A stretch of DNA of 64,000 nucleotides, taken from NCBI GenBank assembly GCA_030704615.1, contig CM060733.1:4712001-4776000 (forward strand). Reading direction: 5' to 3'. The translations under genes were made by a program, and so were the position numbers. Below, piece by piece: positions 12,251-24,625 of the stretch. Each line of letters opens with the position of its first letter. Position 1 is the first letter of the stretch. The notes below the pieces were generated by a model. The model saw only the letters and a program-made list of their open reading frames with translations, did no database searches and was not told the DNA's origin. This stretch comes from Takakia lepidozioides (Eukaryota; Plantae; Bryophyta).

Positions 12251-14984
12251 TCATTTGTCCGTAGTAAGGCGTGAGCATGAGAGAAGTCGTGAAGCCTAAG
12301 GGAGACCTACGAGCCTAAGTCCTACAAAGCTCACTACTACGATATTTTCAAACAAACTTTCACTTTTGTCGAGACAGAAAGGTTGAGACAAGAAGGTTGG
12401 GGTCTACTGATACGAGTTCAGTGCTAAGAGCTGTGGAGACAGGAAGGTAGGGGTCCAGTGCTAAGAGCTTTTCAAACAACATTCAAATTTTTTTTAGACA
12501 GGAAGATATATAAACATGGGAAGATACAACAACACAGGGAAACGTATCACAATGATATCACAACGCAGTACAGAAGCCCCTTCATCTTTGGTTGTGTCTG
12601 TTGTAGCAAACAATGACCTCGTAACAACTCCTGTTACACAGACAGAGCTGACGCTAACAAGAGGAGGGCGCGGAAGGAAGTTGATGTGCATGCGCACAAA
12701 AGCCCCAGACACTTCTTCAAGTAGACTCCCGATTCCATTCTTGCTTACTTACAACTCTCGGGACTCCTAGGAGACTCCTATGGGACTCCTAGTTTCAAGT
12801 ACATTTTGATTCTTTTTATTGCTTACGACTATGGGATTGTATGCAACGTCCTGGTCGTCCTACGGATGGGAAGAAAATAAAGTAAAGTTATCATAAAACG
12901 AACATGAAGATCTATTCAGATGCAGATAAACTTACAGTAACCTGATTATGTGTAGAAAACCCAGTCAAGTAAGGATTGGGAGTTTGAGAACGCGTACCTT
13001 CAATATGTTGTTTTATAATAGAGTGTTCTGCCGCAAAATCAGAGTGAATTATCAAAGGTGCTCCAAACTTAGAAACTGCATTATGATACCATTTGAAAAA
13101 GGTTTTTCTTTCTTGTTTCTTGCAACGATGATTGGATTTAACAGATTTTGAGCTAATATAGTTGATAATTTATTATTGATATATTCTCGATTAGTACATG
13201 TGTTTTCTTTATGATTCCAAACAATTATCGTATTATCTAAAATTGATCTTTTTGTTCTACTTCGGCCAATCCATATTCATTATTATTTTTTAACAACTTA
13301 AACTTATATCTATCACAGTTAATAATTGTACATGTAAAGGATGAGATTTTAGTTTTTAAAAACAAATATAAGATGGTAAAAAATATATCATTTGATATTT
13401 TATTTTAATGTTTTACATATTTATTACACACATTTAATGTATTTTCTTCAATATTTTGTGAATGATATTTTAGATATATATTTACTATTTGATACGGTGA
13501 TGTGATACAACTCGGATTTTTTTCATTTTCTTGAAATTTTATAGATAACTATTAAAATTTATTATTCCACATATTGAGCAACATTTCATTTTAGACACCA
13601 TTGTAGAAGTACATTTTTTCCAATAATACTATAATTTATTAGCATTATACCATGAATCAGAGTGTGGAAGGAATTGTCGTTTTTTTTTTGTCATACAACA
13701 TAACTTAGCAAATATTCGACGTTCATGAATACATCAACTCATATCAATAGTTAGATAATACAGTATCCAACTTCACTTTCAACAAATATAGTAATATATG
13801 AAAACTAAATAAATAAAAAATATATCATTAACATCATATAGTTTAAAGTTGGGTTCCAAGGATTCTCACCGAGTATTATGTGTTGATCTCCCTTCACGTC
13901 CAATATCACATTTGTTCACAGTTTTCACGATCGCGTGACGTGTGTCCTATTACTTTTGTGAAGTTGCACGGACTATCACCTTTTAAGTCCGATGTATCTT
14001 TCTTCACAAGGTCTTTAAATACAGTTCAACTTCATGGTGCAGGGTCACAAATAAATTCTACAACCACTCACTTGTAACTACACAGTGCTCTTAAACATGT
14101 ATCAATCGAGTTATATGTTTAAAGATCTATTACACAACATTCAGTCTCAATTTTATTTTCTAGACATCCAAAGATCATACATGTAACAATTTGATTCTAA
14201 GTATTTCACTTTATTTTTTCTCTCTGCCGTAATCACTTAAGAGAGTTTGATTATAAGCGACTTTGTCAAAAATTGAGGAAGATGTACGGAAATATTGGAA
14301 GAGACTGGAAAACTCTAAAAGATTGTGAAAGACTCTGAAAAACAGCAACAAATTGAAAGCAACAGGTGAAAAGACTATAGAAGTTCAGAGATAGAGATTG
14401 TGCGAGTTCATCGTGAAGTTAACATACATATATATACTCTTGAAGATAATAACATTAAATAAATACATACATCAAAATTTTAATTTGAAATATAATTAAT
14501 AATAATTGTAAATAATTATTAATCACACCAACCACATGTAACATTCATTACTACAAACTGACCAAATATATAGAAACTGACAAAATATATAGGTTGTCAT
14601 AATTTATTATAAATGAAACAAAATTTTATTACTGATAAGTATCAAAACGGTTGTTGGTTACATTAATGATGACACTCACCAACTCCATTATTTATAAAGA
14701 TTCATAATAATTATTTCTACCAACAAAATGTATTAATTTAAAAATATAACTAGTAGTAGTTATGAAGAGTTATAGAAGATATTAATTACATACCCATAAT
14801 GAATTTAAAGTAACAGACAAAATCTCAAGGCTTGCATATCACATGTAGCATCCGTTACAAAAACCTCATAGAATATATGGTTGTCAATAAAGAATTTTTT
14901 TATTTACAATAAATATCATCAATTGTTCATCGGACACGCTCAAATCTTTATTACAAATGAAGCTTTTAAAGATTCCTACAACTT

Positions 14985-15372
14985 TAAAGCCGTTCTAAAA
15001 AATCCATAGAGAGGAAAAAATGTAAAATGCTATTACATTCGCCTAAGGAGCCCTTAGAGCCGCTCTAATGATTCCTTAGAGCGGGAAAATAAAAATAAAA
15101 ATAATTATTTATATTCGCCGACTCGTTAGAGCCGCTCTAAGAAGTTTTTAGAGAGAAACAATAGATATATATAAAATGCTATTTACATTCGCCCGAAGGA
15201 CTCCTTAGAGCCGCTATAAGGACTCCTTAGAACGGGAAAATGGAAAAATGTAAAGTGCTATTTACATTCGTCCTAAGGACTTCTTAGAGCCGCTCTAAGG
15301 ACACCTTAGAACTGGAAAATGGAAAAATGTAAAATGCTATTTATATGCGCCCTAACGACTCCTTAGAGCCAC
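14985..15372. repeat. 79-bp tandem repeat (~5 units) built on nested palindromes
   Basis: TTTACATTCG-like anchor at 15182, 15261 and 15340. Consensus core CTAAGGACTCCTTAGAGCCGCTCTAAGGACTCCTTAG. Confidence 0.85.
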
Positions 15373-16189
15373 TCTTCAACATAAACCGCCTAGTAAAATC
15401 AAAGATGGTTTTTTGAAATTTATACCTTTTATTGATAATTTTGTGCTAGAAATACTTGCTAGTACAAAAGATCGTAACCAAGCCAATAGATTAGAAGATT
15501 GGTATATTTCTAGTCTGGATACATATAAAAACGATTACAATAGAGTTTCTGGTCATCCAACATTAAATTTATCCGTTAATTCCAGGGGATGGAGGGTGAG
15601 TTAGGCGAGTTTGGCCAAAAGAGAGGTTGAAGTGCAATAAATGTCAAAAGAGCAGGGGATTAAAATACAAGAAAAAAAAAAAGATAGGACCAAACTCAAA
15701 ATAGCACCAAAATGAGAGCAAAACGAGTTTCCTGCATTTGCTTTTTGGCTTTCCTCTAGGGGTACGTGGTGCGGCGTGGATACGCGCAAAGTGCCTAGGA
15801 GAGGTATAATGGGGATGTATCAGGGGACGGAAGGCATGGTCACGTAACGGATAACTTTATTATGTAAAAAAAATTGGTTTCTAAAATATAATAAAAAATA
15901 TTTGATATATTTTTACAACCAAGAAATCATCAAAATTCATTACACTCTTATTATGCCACTTGAATGTTACATCAATCTATAGTATATATGATATTCAAGC
16001 ATGATATCAATATAGTAAATGCAACTTAAATATTATAAATATTTAATTATTATAACAATTATATATAAAATATATTATAAATAGATATATAAAAATATCT
16101 TCATGTAGAGTGTGAAAGAATTTCCGTTCCGTCCGCCCTCCGTTCCATGCTCCTGCCAGGCCGTTTTGCAGGCCCGGAATTCACCACCA

Positions 16190-16493
16190 TAGGTTACCTG
16201 TTTTCATTTCTGTAACTCCTCATTGGCAGCTTCCCTTTGGACAAGCTGTGTATTCTCTAGGCTGCATGCATCCTAGGCCTCATGGTGTCACATTGTAAGT
16301 CTCATATTGACTCGTTTCTCAGTTTACGGTTCGAGAGTTATCCAGCACGGCCTACTGTGAGTTTAAGCCTTCTGGCAGCCTTAGGGCAATCAAGGGTTTT
16401 AATTTTTTCCCTTCAATAATCATTCAATAAAGTTTCATCCAGGGTTCCGCCCCTGTTCACTGTCAAAAAGAAAAAAAAAAGAAAAAAAAAAAG
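16190..16493 (+). mobile_element. 3' end of a non-LTR retroelement with poly(A) tail
   Basis: AATAAA followed by GGGTTCCGCCCCTGTTCACTGTC and an A-rich tail (about 16465-16493). 5' boundary uncertain. Confidence 0.5.
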
Positions 16494-16654
16494 AGAATTG
16501 GTCAAGCAGGTCTTGACTGCAGCAGCCATGATAATGCTTTGTGGATTGATCTAATCGGTGAAACAGCAGCAATACTGCATATTTCTCTTGTTAAGAAGGT
16601 TATTCTTCCTTGTCACCAGGGCATCAAAGTAGATCGTTCCCTGGTATCTGAAAG

Positions 16655-17727
16655 ATGCTTGGAATTTGGTTGGGGTGTAGCCTGGTTTTTGGTTGAAGCA
16701 ACTTCTGCTCAGCTGCCCACTGGTGCTTTTCATAGACAAGTCCAAGATCACCAGACGTCAGACAGAAGGACACAAAGGAGGCCTTTTGGATTGAGGGTTG
16801 GTCAAATCCTCCTTGGGTGAAAGCAGAGCTAGCTGCCATGATGCAGAGTGGAGCACAAACTTCTCATGGTGGAGGTAATGGCCTATGGACTCTGGTCGGA
16901 CATGGGCAGGAGACAGATTTGAGTACCATGCTCAATCTGGCTGGCAAGCACCTTTAGTGCGAATCGACAAGAAATATTCTGGAACAAGTGGGTGGTGTGA
17001 GGACATTATGTAAGGAAGGACGAATCAAAGAGGCCCTGCACATGTTGAAGCAAGGAGATTTTCAGGGAGACTCCGATACTTATGTCTGTGTCTTGCAGGA
17101 ATGCATCAACATGAAAGGCCTAGCAGGTGCATGCACACATGATTAAAAGTGGATTCAAGCCAAACATCTTTCTCCTCAACACCCTTGTCAACATGTATGC
17201 CAAATGCGGGAGTGTGGTGTATGCACGTAAAATGTTTGATGAAATGCCTAAACGTGATATGTTTACGTGGAATATAATGATAGCAGGATGTGCCAAGCAT
17301 GGGTCTGGTAGGGAAGCCTTGGAACTCTATGAGGAAATGAAACAGAGAGGAGTTCCGCCAAATAGGGTCACCTTCATTTGCATTCTTAATGCGTGCCAGC
17401 CTGGCAACCCTTGAAAAGGGCACAGAGATCCATGCTGACATCATGATGATCACATACAAATTTGGAGAATACCCTTGTGTCGACGACATGTATGCCAAGT
17501 GTAGGAGCGTGAAGGATGCACGCCAAGTGTTTGACAACATGCCTAAAGGAGATGTAGTGTCATGGAATGCAATGATCAAGGATATGCTCAGCATGGGTAT
17601 GGTAGGGAGGCTTTGGAGATCTGTGAGCAAATGATAGGGGAAGGGGTGACACCCAGCAAGGTCACATTCATCAAGTATTTTACAATATGGCTGAACGAGA
17701 TGTGGTCAATGCTCTTGTTGACATGGA
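16655..17727 (+). pseudogene. PLS-class PPR pseudogene fragment (inverted paralog of the 24626-27077 copy)
   Basis: PPR motifs (NTLVNMYAKCGS, FTWNIMIAG, DVVSWNAMI) are spread over shifting frames. The 5' region aligns to the reverse complement of 26880-27120. Confidence 0.85.
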
Positions 17728-17915
17728 CAGGCGTGAGACCAAAAGAAAAGGCCACCTTCTCACTATGTTGAAAGCGAGAAAACTCCTTTCTGCTCCTCCT
17801 CCACATCATGCAATAAGAAGTGTGTGTCAGGCACATATCCGGCCTCCTTTGACCACCCTGACAATCTCTTCAGCTTTCCTTGATTTGTGGGTGCAATTTT
17901 ATCCTCCACAACAAA
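17728..17915 (-). pseudogene. isolated DYW-domain fragment
   Basis: [26 protein letters not shown] and HSEKVAFSFGL in shifting frames. Confidence 0.85.
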
Positions 17916-19166
17916 GGATACTAGCAAAATGTGTGTTGTATCACAATGCCAGTGGGATTGTGACAATCTGTATTTCTTTTGTAACCACAGAGCACAGCAG
18001 ACATGATTTGCGTTGTTGAAGAGCAGTCCTTTCTTGAGCTACGCATGTGGTTGATCAGAATTAAGTATGGTCACCAGTGAATTCAAGGAAAAACTTTGTC
18101 GCAGAGAAGTTGAGAGATTTGTGAGCAGCAGTACCCATGGAGAAAATCCTGCCGTGACTGGCTTTACCGAAAAAGCTTGGACAGGGGGACCTCCAAACTG
18201 GATGATCTTCTTGCAAGTGTTTGGCCGGAGCAGCCAGTATCTCCATACATGTTTGACAGCTACTGTTCCTACCTCTGACAGCCTTAAGATTGCTTACCAT
18301 CGATTTTATCCAGCAGTGCAGTCCATGAGACCAAATCTTGTTCAGCCAAGTTTGTCCAACACTCGGTGCGCATCCTTTACACTCCCAAAGAGTAACCTTC
18401 AAATTAATACATAAGGAAATTCCAGGGCTTGTTGAACTGAGCTTACCAATAATATTTACTATATATATATATATTGTTGACTACTTTATTTCTTGAAGGG
18501 GAACTGACTCCCGAGTCAAAAGAGATGCAGAAGAGGGTTGGTGGCTCTGTACATCTGGACAAAAGCGTGAAGGTGCTCCTTATATCCAGTTTCCTTTTAC
18601 TACAACATATTTTGTCATAATGTCTCTTCATCAGATTTAGGTCATGTCTATTAATTGCTCTCCAGTCAGAATTTTATTGGAGGGAGTGAGAGATGCATGA
18701 TAGCATAGTGACCTGGCTTTGCAATGACTCTAGTTCTGATGCTCTACAGTTCACCTAAAAGCACAGTGATCAGCAGGGAAACTAGAAAGGGGAACTCCCG
18801 ATCTGATTCAAGGCTGGAAAGTATGAACAAAACTATACTTATCAACTAAACCAGAAATTGAGTTTGACAATCAACAACAGACACCAGAGTAAGTCTTCCT
18901 CAATCTTTGGGGATTCCTTTCTGGTGCAACATGTCAACCTTCAATTTGTTCATCCATCTGGTTGCTTGCAACAACTCTGCAAGAAGGTTTTCTGTAACAT
19001 TACTGCTGCAGATAAATGTTCATACAGATCATCACCATGGACAGCCAACTACAAGCACACACTGACGGCTGCAGTAATGACATGCTCACCCCAAATACAT
19101 GACAAGTTGATCACCTTTCCACCATAAGGTGCAAGAAACAGCACTTCTTTTATGCATGTTGCCCAT

Positions 19167-20624
19167 TCACCAGTAATCTCCACAAGAGCAAACCCCATCT
19201 TGGAAGTGGTGAAACCGGTTGGCATCCCGTACAACAACTTCTCGCCTAAAAATCTTTGAGATGAACTTGCTGGCGGTGTGGCAGTCACCACACACGCGGA
19301 GGTTCTTGATGATGCGGATAGGTGTCCCAGGTGGTGTTCTGATGAGTCCAAAAGCAATGGCCAGCTTCTCACTGTGGTGGAAAAGAGAAATCTCCTTTTG
19401 CTCCTCCTCGACATCATGCAATACAAACTGCATGTCAGGCACATACCCCGCCTCCTTCATTCGTCCAGACAATCTGTTTAGCTCAGCATGGATTTTGTCA
19501 ATGTGTGGATGCACTTTGTCTGCTACAACAAATGTATGTACCTGATTGTCAACCTCAATGCAGCTGTGCCCAGGCTACTTTTTGACACCTCTATCCTCCA
19601 TCATTTTTCTCACCTTTGCTTTATCATCCCACCTCCCAGCCGCAGAATAAATGTTTGATAGAAGCACATAAGTGGAAGCCTGCTGTGGATCCCACTTCAG
19701 AAGGGATTTTGCTGCACGTTCTGCTACCTCCACATTGCGATGAATTCTGCATGCACCAAGCAAGGCCCCCCACACCAAAGCACCTGGCTCAATTGGCATT
19801 TTCTTAATGAAGTCTTCTGCCTTGTTCAATTGCCCTGCACGGCCAAGAAGGTCCATTATGCAGCCAAAATGCTCAACTGTAGGAGTGAGGCCGTGATCTG
19901 CACTCATGGAATCGAAGTACTGAAGGCCATCATCTACAAAGCCCAGATGGCTACATGCTCAGAGAAGAGATATAAATGTGATCCCATCTGGTTTGAAGCC
20001 CTCCTGTTGCATTTGTCCAAATAGTTGGAGGGCTTCCCTACCAAACCAATGGGCATATCCGGCTATCATTATGTTCCATGAGACTCCATCTCGTTGAGCC
20101 ATGTTGTCAAACACTTCACGTGCCTCCTTCATGCTCCCACATTTGGCGTACATGTCCACAAGGGTACTCTCCAAGTTTATAGATGCAGTGCTGCCAGGCT
20201 GGCACACACATTGAGAACGCAAATGAAACTGACCTGGTCAGGTGTCACCCCTTCCTGTATCATTTGCTCATACATCTCCAAAGCCTCCCTACCACACCCA
20301 TGCTGAGCATATCCAACCATCATTGTGTTCCATAATTTAGCCATATTGACAAACACTTGACATGCATCCTCCATACTCCTGCATTTGGCATACATATTGA
20401 TAAGCGTGTTCTCCAAATTTATATGGCGGAATTCCAGCTTTCACAATGTCAGCATGGACCTCTTTGCCCTTTCCCCAAGCTGCTAGGCTGGCACAAGCAT
20501 TGAGAACAGAAATGAATGTGACCTTGTCAGGTGTCACCCCTGCCCATATCATTTGCTCATACATCTCCAAGGCCTCCCTACCACACCCATGCTGAGCATA
20601 TCCGGCGATCATTGCACTCCATGC
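19167..20624 (-). pseudogene. PPR-E1-E2-DYW RNA editing factor, 5'-truncated and disrupted
   Basis: DYW domain intact (HSEKLA, CGDCH, CSCGDYW*). In-frame TAG at 19575-19577 just before the PG box (VKK*PGHSCIE). Frameshifts and deletions in the upstream PPR motifs. Confidence 0.9.
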
Positions 20625-20825
20625 TGACAATCTCTTCAGCTCAATCTGAATTTCCTTAATTTGTGGGTGCAATTTTATCCTCTACAACAAAGGCATGTAT
20701 CCGGCTGTCAACCTCAATGCATTGTGGCCGGGCTCCATTATAAGAGACCTGTCCTCCATCATTTTCCTGACTTTCACATCCTACTCCAACCTGCCAGCTG
20801 CAGCATAAACGTTCAATAGCAGCAT

Positions 20826-23472
20826 CTAAGGGCAAGCATACAATGGATCCAATTTCAGAAGGCACTTAGCCACACGTTCTGCTCGCCCCAGATCACCATG
20901 AATTCTGCATGCACCAAGCAAGGCCCCCCACACGGAGGCACCTGGTTCCACCGGCATTTTATTGATGAAGTCCTCTGCCTCATCCAACTGCCCTGCACGT
21001 CCAAGAAGGTCCACCATGCAGCCAAAATGCTCAGTTGTTGGAGTGAGGCCATGATCTTGACTCATGGAATTGAAGTAGTGACAGCCCTCACCCACTAGGC
21101 CTGTATGGCTACATGCAGAGAGCAAACATACAAAGGTGACACCATCCGGCTTGAAGCCTTCCTGGTGCATTTGTTGAAATAGTTTCAGGGCCTCCCGGCC
21201 ACACCCATGCTGACCATATCCTGCAATCATTGCACTCCATGAGACCACATTTCGTTCAGCCATACTATCAAACACTTGACGCGCGTCCTTCATCCTCCCA
21301 CATTTGGCATACAAATCAACAAGGGCCGTCTCCAGAATGATATTTGGGACAATTCCAGATTTCATAAAGTCTGCATGGACCTCTATGCCCTTTGCCAGGG
21401 CTGTCAGGCTGGCACACGTATTAAGAATGCAACTGAATGTGACATTGTCAGGCGTCACACCTTCCTGTATCATTTTCTCATACATCTCCAAAGCCTGCCT
21501 ACAACATCCATGCTGTGCATATCCTCCAATCATCACGTTCCATGACACCACATCTCGTTCAGCCATTTTGTCAAACACTTGTCGCGCATCCTTCAAGCTC
21601 CCACATTTGGCATACATGTCCACAAGGGTATTCTCCAAATTTACAGATGATGCAAGTCCAGCTTTCATAAAGTCAGCATGGACCTCTTTGCCTCTTTCCA
21701 GGTCTGCGAGGCTGGCACAGGCATTGAGAACAGAAATGAAGGTGACCTTGTTGGTTGCCACCCCTTCCTGTATCATTTGATCATAGATCTGCAATGCCTC
21801 CCTACCACAGCCATGTTGAGCATATCCAGCAATGATCGCACTCCATGAGACCACATCACGTTCAACCATATTGTCAAAGACTTGACGTGCATCCTTCATG
21901 CTCCCACATTTGGCATACATATCAACAAGCGTATTTTCTAAATTTAAGTACGATTCAAGTCCAGCTTTTATGATGTCGGCATGGAGCTCTTTGCCCTTTA
22001 CCAGGGCTGCCAGGCTAGCACATGCATTGAGAACACAAATGAATGTGACCTTGCTGGGCATCATGTCTTCCCGTCTCATCTGCTCATACATCTCCAAAGC
22101 TTCCCTACCAAACCCATGGTGAGCATATCCTGCAATCATCACGTTCCATGAAACCACATCTCGCCTAGACATACCGTGAAATACTTGAGAAGCATCCTTC
22201 ATTTTCTTGCATTTGGCATACATGCCAACAAGGGCAGTTTCCAGAATGATATCTGGCACAATTTCACCTTTGATGATGTCAGCATGAACCTCTTTGCCCT
22301 TTTCCAAGGCTTCCAGGCTGCCACATGCATTGAGAACAGAGATGAATGAGAACCTATTGGGCACCACCCCTTCCTTTTGCATTTTCTCATAAATCTTCAA
22401 AGCCTCCCTCCCACACCCATGCTTAGCATATCCTGCTATCATTGTATTCCAGGTAAAAATATCTCGTACACACATTTTGTCAAACACTTGGCGTGCATCC
22501 ACCAGACTCCCACACTTCGAATACATATTGACAAGCACGTTGAGAAGCAGGATGTCTGGCTTGACTTGACTAGAGATAATGTGGCTGTGCACCTGCTTCC
22601 CCTTTGTTAGGCTTTTCATGTGAATGCACTCCTGCAAGAGACAGACATAAGTATGGGAGTCTGCCTGAATGTCTTGTTGGAGAAAAATGTGCAGCGCCTG
22701 TTTCAGTCGTCCTGCCTTACATAGTTTCCTTACATACTCACAATTCCGTTTGATTCCATCTTGAAGCCAGTTGGATTGTCGGTAATACTCACATTTGTCC
22801 TCAGACCACGTTTGATCAGGCTCTGCCCTTAGATGTTCTATGTTCACTCCGTGACCTGTGTGCAAACAGCACTAGAGCCTAAATCCTTAGCAGCTCAAAA
22901 GAGTCTGAGTATTATTGAGAAATGATTGGATAGGGCTGTCCTAAAGTAAGCTCTCTCATGGGCCCTTGTGGTCCTGTGTGGCTGGTATAAAGTTTTCTCT
23001 CAACCACAATAAGACTGACATAGAATCACAGCAGTATGTGACATCTGTGTGGGATTGGGAGTTACAAAAGCACTGGAATCAACGAACTATCCATACCAGA
23101 CCTTACAACACTTCATTCCCGGATGATTTTCCTGGACAAAATGAATGCAATTTCCCATGGACTGAATCACTATGGAACCTGGATGGCTCCGACCACACTG
23201 TCTACAAACCCAAAAGAACACAAAGAGTAACATGTCTATAACATGTCTATACCTTTCTTCGCTTGCACTGGAGACTCAGGAGGCGTAGTCGTTGGAGCCC
23301 TCACTTGCATTGGTCTCGGACCCGCCATTGCCAAGCTGCATGCCCATTTCAGCCCCACAGTCTGGCCCTTTACTATGCTGCATGTCGTGAGGCCTCCTTC
23401 CCATTCCTTCAAAGAAAAAGGCAATGCATTGGGCAGGGAGAATGCCTGGAGAGCGCCAGAGCACGCTGCCAT
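20826..23472 (-). CDS. PLS-class pentatricopeptide repeat protein ending after E1; predicted exons 23472-23253 and 22855-20826, ~749 aa
   Basis: Uninterrupted P-L-S array plus E1 in the 679-codon ORF. An upstream ATG exon with transit-peptide-like sequence ends AAG|GTATAG (phase 1) and joins in frame at CACAG|GT. Frameshifted E2 and DYW-start remnants lie at 20625-20825. Confidence 0.8.
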
Positions 23473-24625
23473 CCCTACCTAGGTTTTTTCAGAACATATA
23501 ACACTGAGAGAGAGTCGCAACTCCGAGAGTCGTAATTCTCACGGACATTGCACATTGTTCCTTGCTTGGTCTTTTGTAGAAGATTCAAATCGCCTTCTTC
23601 TGCACCATTCCCTTTCTGTAAGAGAGAGACAAAGAGAGAATTATGGGACAAAATGGAAGAAAACATGAGAGGAAACAAAACCAGAGCCAAAAAACAAAAA
23701 CTATTGCTCGAGTGATTGTCCAAGGGTGAAGAGAGAGAGCCTAGAACTTGATTTCCAAAAATGTAACAGTTGTAGTTGTGCATGTGTGGATGGGTATGCG
23801 GTGTCTGCGGGACGGTAAGTTACCTATGCACACTTCTCTACTCTTCTTCTCTCACTACTTCGAGATCCGTGGGAGATTCTTGTGTCTATTCCGAAATGCC
23901 CAATCTGACGTCTCCAAGGATCAGAAAAGCTATTAGCATCAGATCTGCATGAGGCATTGAATCTTAGACAATACATTGAACAATAGTTGTGTGGAGGGTC
24001 TCTCTTTCTTGTTTCATGCTCCATAAGCTCTTTGCGGCTGGTATGAAGTATCATTACATGTCATCCCTTCGTTTTGGAAACTTTTGTCCACTGTTTCTGC
24101 TACAACCAATTCATCTGCAGGTAGCAAATCTTGTTTAGTAAGTATGATGTGTTGGATGGGTTGCTTTGGGAACATTGCTGGGACTTGCTCATAAATTGGT
24201 AAGAATTACAACATAATTGGCAGAGTTAAATGACCTGATCCTGTTTTGTGCTGTCCCATACTAACTGGCTTTGCAACTGCCATTGCACAATTTCATCTCT
24301 ACCTTATTTCCCACAATTGAGGGGAACACCCCTCTCCAGCTCATAGGAGTATAATAAGGTCCATGTGTGGACCTTTGTACTTTGTACCCCATTTTGCGCC
24401 TCTCCTACAGTTCTTCTGCTTTAAGGTTTCCTGTGGTTACAATGCAGTTATTGATGATCACACATTATTGTGATCACCATGCCCAGCTCAGAGTGGGAGC
24501 AGAACTGACTGTCGCATTGAAAGACAAACATGCTTCTTTCAACGTCAATCGTAGCAAAAAAGTAATGCCAATTTGACCTTTGGCCCTGGACTGAAGGGAT
24601 TCACTTTTAGTGCAAGTTGCTCAGT

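Noticed and set aside
14985-15372. CRISPR-like palindromic repeat-spacer array
   Set aside because: The spacers are themselves near-identical between units, so this is a tandem repeat.
19167-19600. U-to-C (DYW:KP-type) editing factor, or RNA-editing rescue of the TAG
   Set aside because: The domain has a canonical PG box, HSEKLA and terminal DYW, which indicates the C-to-U type. The stop is in a nuclear gene, outside the known scope of organellar editing.
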